33,865 nucleotides of DNA from contig CAZZDL010000005.1 in NCBI GenBank assembly GCA_964652335.1, positions 1 through 33,865 of the forward strand, given 5' to 3'. This document shows, piece after piece, positions 8,447 to 19,100 of this stretch. Both the position numbers and the translations under genes were made by a program. Numbering within the stretch: the stretch's first letter is position 1; the number at the start of each line of letters is the position of its first letter. This stretch comes from Candidatus Micrarchaeota archaeon (GTDB lineage Archaea > B1Sed10-29 > WALL01 > WAMD01). The notes below the pieces were generated by a model. It ran no database searches. It was not told where the DNA came from and saw nothing but the letters and a program-made list of their open reading frames with translations.

Positions 8447-9307
8447 ATGGATGAAGAGACATTTGAACAAAAGTTTGAAGCTGCAATCCCTGTGTTAATA
8501 CTGCTTTTATTGATTATTGGTATAATAGCCCTGAATCCTAGCTGGTTATCAGGGATACCAGTCATAGGAGACTTCTTCCAGGGCAAGACAATTAACGTAC
8601 TAGTTATAACAGACGACATGAACGAAGTTAGTATCTGGCAAAGCATGTTGTCAAGCGACATGGCAAGGAGAGTATTCGGGAACACACTAAACGTTGAAGG
8701 CCTTATAGGATCCCAGACAGAAAGCGAAATAATATCTGCAGATGCTCTGGACAAGAAAGGATATGATCTAATTATATTGACTAGTACACATGTTCCACCT
8801 AGTGTCCAGCTGGTCCTAAGAGACTGGGTGAACAATGGTGGAAAGCTGTACATAGCCAGCCTAGGAGGTATAAACGATAATCACAGATGGGGAGAACTAG
8901 CAAGCCTGGTCCCTGTACAATGCAGTGCAGATGGAGAATGCGTTGGTGTCATAACACCTGTCTACGGCGCTACAATCTATCCCCAAGATATAAACAACCC
9001 ACTCGCTGAGAAGTTTGCTCCAAAGACAGAGCTAACCTCAGGAAATGAAAGTGTGAACATAGCAAACGTTTCCCCGTTGTATTCCCAAATAATGTACATT
9101 GGAGGATGGGAATCACCAAGTCAAGTGGAAGCTGGAAAGGTTGGAAACATATATCCATTCGTCACTGAGAACTCACAGTCAACAGGAGGAAAGGTATTTT
9201 ACATAAGCATTAATCCGGCTACAGAAAACATTGATTCGGACATTAAGCAGAGAGTAATAATAAACACCGTGGCATACGTAATGGGAGTGGAAGGATACAC
9301 GGAGTGA
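8447..9307 (+). CDS. Membrane-anchored class I GATase-like (DUF4350/ThuA-like) protein, paralogue A
   Basis: N-terminal TM followed by IPVIG, then GYDLIIL, WVNNGGKLYIA, NNPL, GKVFYISINP. Confidence 0.6.
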   Translation: MDEETFEQKFEAAIPVLILLLLIIGIIALNPSWLSGIPVIGDFFQGKTINVLVITDDMNEVSIWQSMLSSDMARRVFGNTLNVEGLIGSQTESEIISADALDKKGYDLIILTSTHVPPSVQLVLRDWVNNGGKLYIASLGGINDNHRWGELASLVPVQCSADGECVGVITPVYGATIYPQDINNPLAEKFAPKTELTSGNESVNIANVSPLYSQIMYIGGWESPSQVEAGKVGNIYPFVTENSQSTGGKVFYISINPATENIDSDIKQRVIINTVAYVMGVEGYTE

Positions 9308-9311
9308 TTGT

Positions 9312-10184
9312 ATGTTTGAGGGATTCAGCGAGAAATACGGAGATTGGGCGATCCCCCTAATCCTTGTAGTTATAATAGGCGGTCTCTTGGCTGTGAAGGT
9401 ATTCAATCTATACTGGATACCTGTTATTGGTCCTTTAGTGGTAGGCCCTGAGGGAATAATAAGGACACTAATAATAACAAACCCAGATGACTACGATGCA
9501 GCCAAGCAATTTGCAACAGAACTAAGGTCAAAGGTTCCAGGAGTAGTAGCAGTAATAGACGATAATGTTCTCCAACACATAAAGGAAGGTTACATAACTT
9601 CAAACAAATACGACCTAGTTGTCCTTTATGGAGATAATACTGCCCTGACCTATGAAGCTAGAAAAGAGATTGCTAGATACGTAAACTCTGGTGGAAATCT
9701 AATGATAGTGGGGGCGGCTGGACTCCACGACATGACCTCTGACGGAACAATATCCCCATACACATTCTCATGGGGAGTAGACGACATGGCAGGAATTATC
9801 ACATTTGCCCCAGATTGTGGAGACGCTGTAGAATGCAATGTTAACGCGATAAAGATAACACCTGCAGAAATAGGCAATAAGATAACATTTGTTCCTGTTT
9901 TATGGGATCATCCAGTAATAGCAAGAATGGGTGTAAATGCACCAGTGGAAATGGATGTAACTCCAGAATTCCATGGCTTGACAAAGGTGCAAGACCTTGC
10001 AAACCAGAGAATTGCTTACCTAGAATGGAGAGACTCTAATAACAAGCCTCATTCTGTCCCAGCGATAATTGCATACCAAAGCGGTGTTTCTGGTAGAATA
10101 GTCTATCTAGCCTACAACCCGCTAGAGCTGAAGCAAGAGGCATTGTTCAGGAACATCGTCCTATGGGTTGCAGGAAAGCTGTAA
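9312..10184 (+). CDS. Membrane-anchored class I GATase-like (DUF4350/ThuA-like) protein, paralogue B
   Basis: N-terminal TM followed by IPVIG, then KYDLVVL, YVNSGGNLMIVG, DHPVI, GRIVYLAYNP. Starts 4 nt after paralogue A. Confidence 0.6.
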   Translation: MFEGFSEKYGDWAIPLILVVIIGGLLAVKVFNLYWIPVIGPLVVGPEGIIRTLIITNPDDYDAAKQFATELRSKVPGVVAVIDDNVLQHIKEGYITSNKYDLVVLYGDNTALTYEARKEIARYVNSGGNLMIVGAAGLHDMTSDGTISPYTFSWGVDDMAGIITFAPDCGDAVECNVNAIKITPAEIGNKITFVPVLWDHPVIARMGVNAPVEMDVTPEFHGLTKVQDLANQRIAYLEWRDSNNKPHSVPAIIAYQSGVSGRIVYLAYNPLELKQEALFRNIVLWVAGKL

Positions 10185-10188
10185 AGGA

Positions 10189-11895
10189 TTAAACCTTAAC
10201 CCCGCCTTTTTTCTGAGATTCATATATCCTTGCCACTCTATCTAGGTCATCGGCTTCATCTGGGAGTTTGTCCTCTCTAACCCGTATAAGCCTTGGAAAC
10301 CTAAGTGCAAATCCTGATTCATACTTCGGACTGCGCTGTATCTCCTGGTATCCAACTTCTACAACAACCCTTGGCTTAAGCTTAACCTCTTTCCCTTCTT
10401 GCTCTAGAATATCTTGCTTGAGGACGTCTGTTAGTTCCTGCAACTGCTTGTCCGTCAGCCCAGTGGCCATTTTTCCAACTGTCAAAAACTCACCAGTGTC
10501 AGGATCTCTGCATGCCAATAGGAAAGACCCTAACCAATTCGCCCTCCTTCCTTCTCCCCATTCCGCTCCAACAATAACCAGATCTAATGTCTCTGATATT
10601 GGTTTGAGTTTATACATATATCCAACGACCCTGGCTCCCGGGTTATATTCAGCTTTAGGATTCTTTATCATTATTCCCTCATGCCCAGCGTTTAAAGCTG
10701 ATTTATAAAATTCATCAGCTTCTTTTACATCTTCCGTTACAAGCTTCCTAGCTAGCTCTAGCCTCCCAGGAATGGGCTTTATTATCTCCTCCAACTTCTT
10801 TCTTCTCTCTGAAAGAGGCTTGTCTAGCCATGATTCTCCATTTAGGTACATTATGTCAAACAAATGCAACTGAGCAGGAATCTTTTTTATTATCTCATCA
10901 ATATCGTATTTCCTTTTTATCCTTCTGGATAATACTTGGAAAGGTAACGGTTTCCCATTGTTGTCTATGGCTATGGTCTCTCCCTCTATTATACACTCCT
11001 CAACGTCGTCTGATAAAGAATCATTCACCAAGCTGACTATATCTGGGAACTGCTTTGTGACATTCTCTAATCTTCTTGTGAAAAGCATTGTCTTCTTTCT
11101 ATCCTTAAAGATATGGAACTGAGATCTCATCCCGTCATATTTGTACTCTATCTGAGCCGGTTTAAAATCACTGAATATCTCGTCAATGCCATGCAAAGCC
11201 AATGCTAGCATAGGCCTTATCGGTCTACCAAGCATTGGCATTACTTTAGCTAACTGCTTATTTCCCTTCTTAGCCACTGCTATAACTTCCCCGAAATCAT
11301 TTAGAATTGCATACGCTCTCTCCACTAAGCTAGAATCAACAGAAAATGCCTTCGCAATCGCATCTCTAACTATTCCCTCCCCAACTCCTAATCTCATCTC
11401 TCCCAAGATCAACCTAACTAAGTACTTCACCTCATTTGGAGAACAAGAGTTTAGCAGTTCAACCACATGCTTAATCTTTCTGTCCTGACTTTTTTCTCCC
11501 TCAAGCCCAGCTATCTTTTCTAGAGTAGAAGAAACCTCAGCAACAGTAAGCTCTTTTTTCCAAAGAGTCATTTGAGCTTTCCTTTTGAAAAAGAATTCTG
11601 CGGCTAGGCCAGTGTCCCCCAGCTCAGCTATTTTCTTTTCTATCTCTTTTTCAGAATATCCACTGGCTATAGATATGCATTTTATCATCATCTTTTCAGC
11701 TACACCAACCTCTCTTTCATCCCAAGGAGGGAAGACAGCTCCTTGAACGAATAATAATGCGTGTGACAAATCCTTCTCAGGAGCATTTACTATTAATTCC
11801 CTTACAATATCTGTGAGCTCTAATCTAGAACTCGTGCTCTCTAATCGTTCAAAATAACTAACTAGCTCAGAGAATTTCATGTTAGGCATATTCAT
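10189..11895 (-). CDS. lig: ATP-dependent DNA ligase
   Basis: Motif I EYKYDGMR, IIEGE, LFDIMYLNG, EGIMIK, YKLK, LRFPR. True start could be 11880, 11889 or 11895. Confidence 0.97.
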   Translation of the reverse strand: MNMPNMKFSELVSYFERLESTSSRLELTDIVRELIVNAPEKDLSHALLFVQGAVFPPWDEREVGVAEKMMIKCISIASGYSEKEIEKKIAELGDTGLAAEFFFKRKAQMTLWKKELTVAEVSSTLEKIAGLEGEKSQDRKIKHVVELLNSCSPNEVKYLVRLILGEMRLGVGEGIVRDAIAKAFSVDSSLVERAYAILNDFGEVIAVAKKGNKQLAKVMPMLGRPIRPMLALALHGIDEIFSDFKPAQIEYKYDGMRSQFHIFKDRKKTMLFTRRLENVTKQFPDIVSLVNDSLSDDVEECIIEGETIAIDNNGKPLPFQVLSRRIKRKYDIDEIIKKIPAQLHLFDIMYLNGESWLDKPLSERRKKLEEIIKPIPGRLELARKLVTEDVKEADEFYKSALNAGHEGIMIKNPKAEYNPGARVVGYMYKLKPISETLDLVIVGAEWGEGRRANWLGSFLLACRDPDTGEFLTVGKMATGLTDKQLQELTDVLKQDILEQEGKEVKLKPRVVVEVGYQEIQRSPKYESGFALRFPRLIRVREDKLPDEADDLDRVARIYESQKKGGVKV

Positions 11896-11929
11896 TCTTA
11901 CTAATCAAAATGATTTAAATGTTTCTGCA

Positions 11930-11959
11930 CATAATCTAGAACAGCATAATTTAGAACAG
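11930..11959. repeat. Tandem 15-bp direct repeat in the lig/pdaD divergent promoter
   Basis: CATAATCTAGAACAG CATAATTTAGAACAG (14/15 identical). Confidence 0.8.
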
Positions 11960-11983
11960 AATAAGCAACCAGAGGAGATCAAT

Positions 11984-12526
11984 ATGATACCTAGATACAT
12001 GTTCTTCACAAAGGGTGTGGGTGTCCACAAGCACAAATTAGCCTCATTTGAAATGGCATTGAGAAAGGCGGGAATTGCCAGATTTAACCTTGTAAATGTA
12101 TCATCCATATTTCCACCTGGATGTAAGGTTATTCCAAAGGAGAAAGGGTTAAAGATGCTAAACTCGGGCGAAATCGTTTATTGTGTTATGGCAAAAGCAG
12201 AAACGAACGAACCAAACAGAATGATATCTGCCGCTGTTGGACTAGCATTGCCGGCGGAAAGGAATAAATACGGTTACATATCTGAACATCATGCGTTTGG
12301 AGAGACAGCAAAGGTATCAGGGGACCTTGCAGAGGACCTAGCTGCCACAATGCTTGCCACAACGCTTGGAATAGACCTGGATCCAGACAAGGCATGGGAC
12401 GAGAGAAAGAAGATATACAAAGCTAGTGGAAAAGTCTTCAAAACAAGGCATATCTGTCAAAGTGCCAGAGGAAACAAAAATGGATTATGGACAACTGTTT
12501 TAGCAGCAGCCGTCTTTGTGCCCTAA
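11984..12526 (+). CDS. pdaD: Pyruvoyl-dependent arginine decarboxylase
   Basis: FFTKGVG, SFEMALRKAGI, self-cleavage motif NLVNVSSIFP, GYISEH, WTTVLAAAV. GAGGAG RBS before ATG 11984. Confidence 0.93.
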   Translation: MIPRYMFFTKGVGVHKHKLASFEMALRKAGIARFNLVNVSSIFPPGCKVIPKEKGLKMLNSGEIVYCVMAKAETNEPNRMISAAVGLALPAERNKYGYISEHHAFGETAKVSGDLAEDLAATMLATTLGIDLDPDKAWDERKKIYKASGKVFKTRHICQSARGNKNGLWTTVLAAAVFVP

Positions 12527-12600
12527 ATATATCAGCAATGAATGTAAGTTATTTAAATACTCGTTTACAAAAATCTACCAAATGAACAGAGGTGACAAGA

Positions 12601-12873
12601 ATGGCAGATGAGAACGTAGTGTACGTTGGCAAAAAAGGTGTAATGAGCTATGTACTAGCTGTGATAACCCAGTTTAACAATGGAGCAAAGGAAGTTAGTG
12701 TTAGAGCAAGAGGAAAGGCAATTAGCAGGGCTGTGGACGTTGCAGAGATCGTCAGGAACAGGTTCATGAACGATGTAAAGATAAAGGACATAAAGATATC
12801 AACAGAGGAAATTCAAGAAGGAGAACAAGGACCAACCAAGGTATCAGCCATAGAGATCGTGCTTGAAAAGTGA
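12601..12873 (+). CDS. albA: DNA/RNA-binding protein Alba
   Basis: [53 protein letters not shown]. Confidence 0.97.
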   Translation: MADENVVYVGKKGVMSYVLAVITQFNNGAKEVSVRARGKAISRAVDVAEIVRNRFMNDVKIKDIKISTEEIQEGEQGPTKVSAIEIVLEK

Positions 12874-12972
12874 AAACCCGAAAAACCCACTAATTCTCTT
12901 TTAATTTTGTTAATTTGTTACGACAATATTAATCCCTAATCTTTTTATCATAGCTATTCTTTATTCTGATTG

Positions 12973-13455
12973 ATGAAAGCTCCAATTCATGTGAGATGTG
13001 CAAGGTCAGGAGAGTTATGTGAAGAATGCAAATCAAAGAATCCGTCAGAATTAGATATAAAACTAGTTTCAATACTCTCAAGAATAGAAGAAAAAGAAGG
13101 GATTGGAGAGATAAACTTCGTTGGATCTATTGAAGGTAAAGAAACTGTTTTTGTTCTGCTAAAATCAGATCCTTCTAAGCTAATAGGTAAGCAAGGTAGG
13201 ATAATCAAACACATAAAATCAGAAATAGGAAAAAGGATTAGGTTAATTAATGTCTCAGATGAAGAGACGATAATAAGGGATCTATTCTATCCAATAAAGC
13301 CGAAATATATTAGCAAAGTATTTAGCCCGAACGGAACTTATTTTAAACTAGTATTACCAAAAGGGTCAATTGAAAAACTGAGGATACCTATAGACGAACT
13401 GGAACTTGCCCTTAGGAGACTAACGAAAAAGGAAATAGTGGTAAAGGAGGAGTAA
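12973..13455 (+). CDS. Archaeal NusA-like KH-domain RNA-binding protein with N-terminal metal-binding motif
   Basis: KH signature LIGKQGRIIKHI; N-terminal MKAPIHxxC...LCxxC. Confidence 0.75.
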   Translation: MKAPIHVRCARSGELCEECKSKNPSELDIKLVSILSRIEEKEGIGEINFVGSIEGKETVFVLLKSDPSKLIGKQGRIIKHIKSEIGKRIRLINVSDEETIIRDLFYPIKPKYISKVFSPNGTYFKLVLPKGSIEKLRIPIDELELALRRLTKKEIVVKEE

Positions 13456-13457
13456 AA

Positions 13458-14756
13458 ATGGAAAGAACGCATTATGCAGTAGAGGCAAAGAATGCAATAG
13501 GAGAAAAAGTAAAGATCGCTGGATGGATTTATGAGACAAGGGATCTAGGGGGAATAGGATTTATCATAATCAGAGACAAAACAGGATACGCTCAGATAGT
13601 TGTAAAAAAGAGGGAAAGACCCGATCTTGCGGAGCTACTTAAACTACCGAAAGAGTCTGTAATTGCAGTAGAAGGAACAGTACAAAAATCAGATAAATCA
13701 AAGCTTGGATTTGAGATTGTTCCTGACAACATAAAGGTATTAAATAAGGCAAAGGCCCCATTGCCAATGGATGTGTCTGGAAAAATAGAGTCTGAAATGG
13801 ATACTAGGCTAGACAATAGATTCATGGACCTAAGAATTGACAAAGTCAGGGCAGTATTCATGCTTAGAAACCTATTTATTAAAGGGATTAGAAAGGCAAT
13901 GTATGAAAATGATTTCGTAGAGGTGCAGACTCCAAAAATAGCTGCAGCCGGAGCAGAGGGAGGAGCTAGTCTGTTCCCTGTCCAGTATTTTGACCAATGG
14001 GCATTCCTGACCCAAAGTCCTCAGCTGTATAAGCAAATGTTAATGGCATCCACGCTAGACAGAGTGTTTGAAATAGGCCCAGCATTCAGAGCTGAACCAA
14101 GCGATACATCTAGGCATTTAGCAGAATTCACTAGCTTTGACTATGAAATGGCATATATATCCAGTTACGAAGACGTAGCCAGGACATTGGAAAGCATCGT
14201 AGTGGACACACTAAAATTCGTAAAATCTGAGGGTAAACCATGGCTGGAAATGCTTGACAAGGAGATAACCTTACCGAAAACTCCATTCCCAAGACTAAAA
14301 TTTGATGATGTCAAGTCAATGCTTGAGGATGAAGGGAGAAAAATTGGCAATGACCTTGGAACAGAGGACGAAAGAGTTCTAGGAAAGATCATGGCAGAAA
14401 AGGGTTATTCGGCCTATTTCATAGTTGAATATCCAGAGGAGGAAAAACCTTTCTACATAATGGAAAACGAAAACAGCCCGGGCTACTCTTTTGCATTTGA
14501 CCTAGATTACTATGGTGAGGAGCTGGCAAGTGGTGGACAGAGAGAGCACAGGTATGAAAAGGTAGTGGAGAGGATGAAAAAGAAGGGTTTAAATCCAAAG
14601 AACTTTGAATTCTACTTAAAGGCATTCAAATATGGAATGCCTCCTCATGGAGGAATAGGACTCGGAGTAGACAGATTTATAGCAAAGTCATTGGGAATAA
14701 CCAACATAAGAGAGGTTGTCTTATTCCCCAGGGACCAGTTTAGGCTTGTTCCATAG
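13458..14756 (+). CDS. aspS: Aspartate--tRNA ligase (archaeal type)
   Basis: AGWIYETRDLGG, RLDNRFMDLR, EGGASLF, QSPQLYKQ, motif 2 FRAE..RHLAEF, motif 3 GMPPHGGIGLGVDR. Confidence 0.96.
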   Translation: MERTHYAVEAKNAIGEKVKIAGWIYETRDLGGIGFIIIRDKTGYAQIVVKKRERPDLAELLKLPKESVIAVEGTVQKSDKSKLGFEIVPDNIKVLNKAKAPLPMDVSGKIESEMDTRLDNRFMDLRIDKVRAVFMLRNLFIKGIRKAMYENDFVEVQTPKIAAAGAEGGASLFPVQYFDQWAFLTQSPQLYKQMLMASTLDRVFEIGPAFRAEPSDTSRHLAEFTSFDYEMAYISSYEDVARTLESIVVDTLKFVKSEGKPWLEMLDKEITLPKTPFPRLKFDDVKSMLEDEGRKIGNDLGTEDERVLGKIMAEKGYSAYFIVEYPEEEKPFYIMENENSPGYSFAFDLDYYGEELASGGQREHRYEKVVERMKKKGLNPKNFEFYLKAFKYGMPPHGGIGLGVDRFIAKSLGITNIREVVLFPRDQFRLVP

Positions 14757-14771
14757 AGGTATTGTATACAA

Positions 14772-16034
14772 CTATATCCAACCCCTAAGCTCCATAGCCT
14801 TTGCTACCCTACCAACTGCTAATATATACGCAGCAGTTCTGAGATCAACCTTCTTTGAGTTTGCTATTTCCAAAACATCCTTGTATGCGTTTATCATCTT
14901 TTCTTCCAACTGGGAGAATACATAATCCTCCTTCCAATACTGGCCAGTTCTGTTCTGAACCCATTCAAAATAGCTAACAGTCACTCCTCCAGCATTTGCT
15001 AGTATGTCTGGAACTACAACTACACCTTTCTCTCTTAAAATCTCATCTGCCTCTGGAGTGGTGGGGCCATTGGCTAGCTCAACTATATACCTAGCCTCTA
15101 TCTTATCAGCATTTTCTTTGGTTATTTGGTTCTCTATGGCGGCTGGTGCTATTATATCTGCTTCTGATAGCAAAACAGCCTTTGGATCCCTGTTGCTTGT
15201 TGCACCTTCAAATCCAAAAACACTTCCACTAGCTTTCTTATGCTCTAAAACCGCTATTGGGTCCAGTCCATCAGGATTATATATGCTACCCTTTGAATCA
15301 GATACTCCAACAACCTTGTACCCTGCTTCATGCAAGAACAAAGCTAGGTAATAACCTGCATTACCAAATCCTTGTATGGCTATTCTGGGATTGGAAATGC
15401 TATGCTGCCTAATCAATTCCTCAATTATGAAAAACGCTCCCCTTGATGTGGCTGTGAGCCTACCTTCTGATCCTCCTATTTCTACTGGCTTTCCAGTTAT
15501 CATTGCTGGGGAATATTTTCTAGATATCTTTGAATATTCATCCATCATCCATGCCATTATCTGGGGATTTGTATAAACATCTGGAGCAGGGATATCAGTG
15601 TCAGGACCTACAAACTCGTATATCCCCCGGATATACCCTCTAGATAACTCCTCTAATTCTCTAGACCCCAGCTCCTTTGGATTAACAGTCACCCCACCTT
15701 TTGCTCCCCCATATGGAATGTTAACTACTGCATTCTTCCATGTCATCCACGCAGCTAGTGCCCTAACTTCATCCACATTCACGCTGGGGTGAAATCTTAT
15801 TCCTCCCTTTGTGGGTCCCCTAGCGTTGTTGTGCTGAACCCTATACCCTCTAAATACCTTCACAGTCCCGTCATCCATTTTGACTGGGATGGATACCCAT
15901 ACTTCTCTCATAGGATACTTCAGCTGCTCCACTATGTTGGGATCTAACTCTATGTATCCCAACGCCCTCTCCAACTGGGCAATTACCATCTCAAACTCTC
16001 CAGAAGTGTCTTTGCCAGTGTTTCCTTTCCCCAT
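14772..16034 (-). CDS. gdhA: Glutamate dehydrogenase (Glu/Leu/Phe/Val family)
   Basis: [68 protein letters not shown] favours ATG 16034. Confidence 0.95.
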   Translation of the reverse strand: MGKGNTGKDTSGEFEMVIAQLERALGYIELDPNIVEQLKYPMREVWVSIPVKMDDGTVKVFRGYRVQHNNARGPTKGGIRFHPSVNVDEVRALAAWMTWKNAVVNIPYGGAKGGVTVNPKELGSRELEELSRGYIRGIYEFVGPDTDIPAPDVYTNPQIMAWMMDEYSKISRKYSPAMITGKPVEIGGSEGRLTATSRGAFFIIEELIRQHSISNPRIAIQGFGNAGYYLALFLHEAGYKVVGVSDSKGSIYNPDGLDPIAVLEHKKASGSVFGFEGATSNRDPKAVLLSEADIIAPAAIENQITKENADKIEARYIVELANGPTTPEADEILREKGVVVVPDILANAGGVTVSYFEWVQNRTGQYWKEDYVFSQLEEKMINAYKDVLEIANSKKVDLRTAAYILAVGRVAKAMELRGWI

Positions 16035-16178
16035 TAACATCACCTACGCCACAGTTACGTAGCCAATAGCTCTACTCAAACTAGTATTATAAATGTTATC
16101 CACAATTTTGTTATTTGGGATGCCCCCTAAAGATTTTTATATAATTTTATTCAGAATTACCCCGACGGAGGGGTAGTG

Positions 16179-19100
16179 ATGAAGAGACTATATTCTATGC
16201 TAACATCTTTACTCGTATTGACATTAACCCTTGGAATTGTCCTAGCTGACTGGCCTATGTTAGGTCATTGGGAAAATAGAACCAGCTGGACATCTGGCAG
16301 CGTTAACCTAGGAGAAGTTCCCCAAATAATATGGAAAACAAATGTTACTGGAAACCCTAGGGGAGTGATAGTCTACACGTTCAACGGAAACAAATATATC
16401 GCAGTAACAAATGGAGTATTTGAGTCTGGAGACTCTGAGACAACAAAGGCAACAATCCTGAACTCTTCTGGAGACATAATCTGGCAGAATGACACAGGCT
16501 CATATACGTGGGGTTTCCCGTTATTCTGGAATAACTATGTTTTCTTCCCTGTCCAAGACAATGGAGCCACCCCTTCTGGTGGAATTCTGGTGTACAATGC
16601 AAGTGACGAATCTTCGTTCTGGCTGGTAAAAAATGTTAGTGTGAGTATATCTCCTGTGATCATAACAAACAGCACAAGCGGATCACAGTATCTAGTAGCC
16701 TTAGCCTTTAATCAGACAAATTCAACGAACAAGGTCATTGCCTTGGTTTATGACTCCTCACTCACAGAGTTATATAACATGGAAATAGACAATGCAAGTT
16801 GGGATCCATTCTGGATGGAAGCAGCTGTTGGAGATGTGGATGGTGATGGAGTAGATGATATTGCAGTGGGATACAACTATACAAGCCTGCTGTATATGAA
16901 TGGCTCATCTTTGATTTTAGGTAGCCCAAACATAACAAAACTAAATGAATTTTCTTCTATTTCACCTGCAATGATTGATTTTGATGGAGATGGAGATAAA
17001 GAGATAATCTGGTTTAATTCAAATGGAGATGCTCTTCTGTTAAACTTTACAAATTCAGCTCTTGGAATAGCCTTATCAACGGTTAAAATTGTTAGTAACG
17101 GAGTTTACAATAATCTAGTGGTTATTAATACTAGCTCTGGCTGGGAGATATACGCAGGTAACCTGAACGGAGATCTTTACAAGATAATACTAGATCTATC
17201 TGGATTCACTAGCGTGGAGCAGCTAGTATGCAAATATGGATGCCTGTCGATATACGGGATCTCTTCAGCAGATGTAAATGAAGATGGGGATTTAGATTTC
17301 ATATATTCACTAGAGGGGATGGTAGCGTACTTAAACGCCACCCTTGATTTCATTGGGGGAGAACAAAATCTAGACAAGGTTGATACACCCCCAGCAATAG
17401 AAGATATAAACGAAGATGGAAAATTAGATCTCATTGTTGGAGACAGGTCCGGCCTTTTGTACGCATTTACTCAAGCTCCGGATGTAAGGCTACTAAATGT
17501 CACATACACTGTTGAAAAGAATGTCACTGCATCAGGTGTTGAGGATGTCTTGCATATATGGAATGCTACTGTTGGCCTTTCAGCAGACAGTGTGAACTTC
17601 ACAGATTATTATTCCCAATGCAACTTAACTATAGTGTTAATGAACGGCACGTACGCACAGGGAGGCGGACTCTGTGTGGTAACAAATTATACACTTACTA
17701 ATCTGACCAATGGAACAAATGTTACTGTCAATCTAAATGAAACCTTTAACGGAGTAAAAAACTGGACAGTTGATGTGAGCGTGGATACAAACGGTTATTA
17801 CCTACTACCTGTACAAAACTCCACCCTTACTTCACTGCAGATGTCGTCCCCACATTTATGGTGGCATACTGACGAAACCGTTCCTGGGAACCTAGCAGTG
17901 AACCAGACCCTATATATGGTTACAGAAGTGGCTGACGCCGGAACTAGTAGCAACATAACATTCTTCTTATTCAATTCATCTGGAGATCAGATAGCAAACA
18001 AAACATTTACAAACAATTCAGATGTATGGATAGCTGATTGGAGCGTGAAATTCAACGAGACCGGGACCTATACATTAATAATCTTAGCTGAGAGAGCAGA
18101 CGGACTACCAAACTGGGAAAAGAAAACAATAACAGTAACAGAACCACTGAATCTAAACGTTTCAATACCTGGAGACTTCAACATAACAATTGGAGATACA
18201 AATCTAGGAAACTTAACTAATCTATCCGGTCTACCTAATATTACATATACTCTGGTGACTAATCCTGTCACTGGGGCAGAGGTAAACATAACTGGAAGAT
18301 TCACTGGGAACCTAGAACTCAATGCAGATAAATACAAAGAGAGCGACACCACGCTGATATATGGATTTAAGCTATCAGGATTTTCACCTCAGAGTAGTGG
18401 AATAAAAATGAAAATCAGCTATTCAGATATAGAAGCAAACGTGAAAGAGGCAGATCTAACAGTGTATAGGTGTGGAAGTTACGATCTATCTACCCACAAA
18501 TGCTCAGATGATTGGGTTGAACTAGCCAGCTTTACAAAGAATACCACGGAAGATACAATAACAATCACAACCAGCGGATTCTCTGGTTATAAAATAACAG
18601 AAAAAAAGAGTTCCAGCTCTAGTTCTAGTTCTTCAAGCTCTTCCAGCTCAAGCTCTGGTAGTTCAGGAAGTAGTGGAGGAACAACGCAAACATGCGACTA
18701 CGACTATTCAATAACCTTACCAGAATCTGTAAGCATAGAGCTAGGAAATAATGCAACAATAATAGCAAAGATAAAAAACACTGGTAATTGCTCAGATATA
18801 ATTGAGCCAGAAATATCTGGGATAAATGAAAGCTGGGTGACAATAGTACCAGCGACATTATCACTAGAACCAAACCAGGTGGATAACGTCACAATAACAA
18901 TAGCTCCAAAGGAAGAAGGAAACTACACTATTAGGTTGACTGTAAACGACGTATGGGAAGAATTTGAGCTAAGAGTTACAGAGAAAAAATATGCAAATGT
19001 TTCAGCCATTCCAAAGGAGCTGTATGTAGACGCGTCAAAGGAAGACAAACTAGTGACAATAACTCTAAAGAACGATGGAAACAAAGAGATAATAGTCAAC

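Noticed and set aside
11879..11983. N-terminal extension of PdaD (HNLEQHNLEQ)
   Set aside because: It is the translated promoter tandem repeat; the RBS and family alignment place the start at 11984.
18607..18680. Low-complexity DNA repeat or VNTR
   Set aside because: Mixed Ser/Gly codons encoding a protein linker, not a perfect nucleotide repeat.
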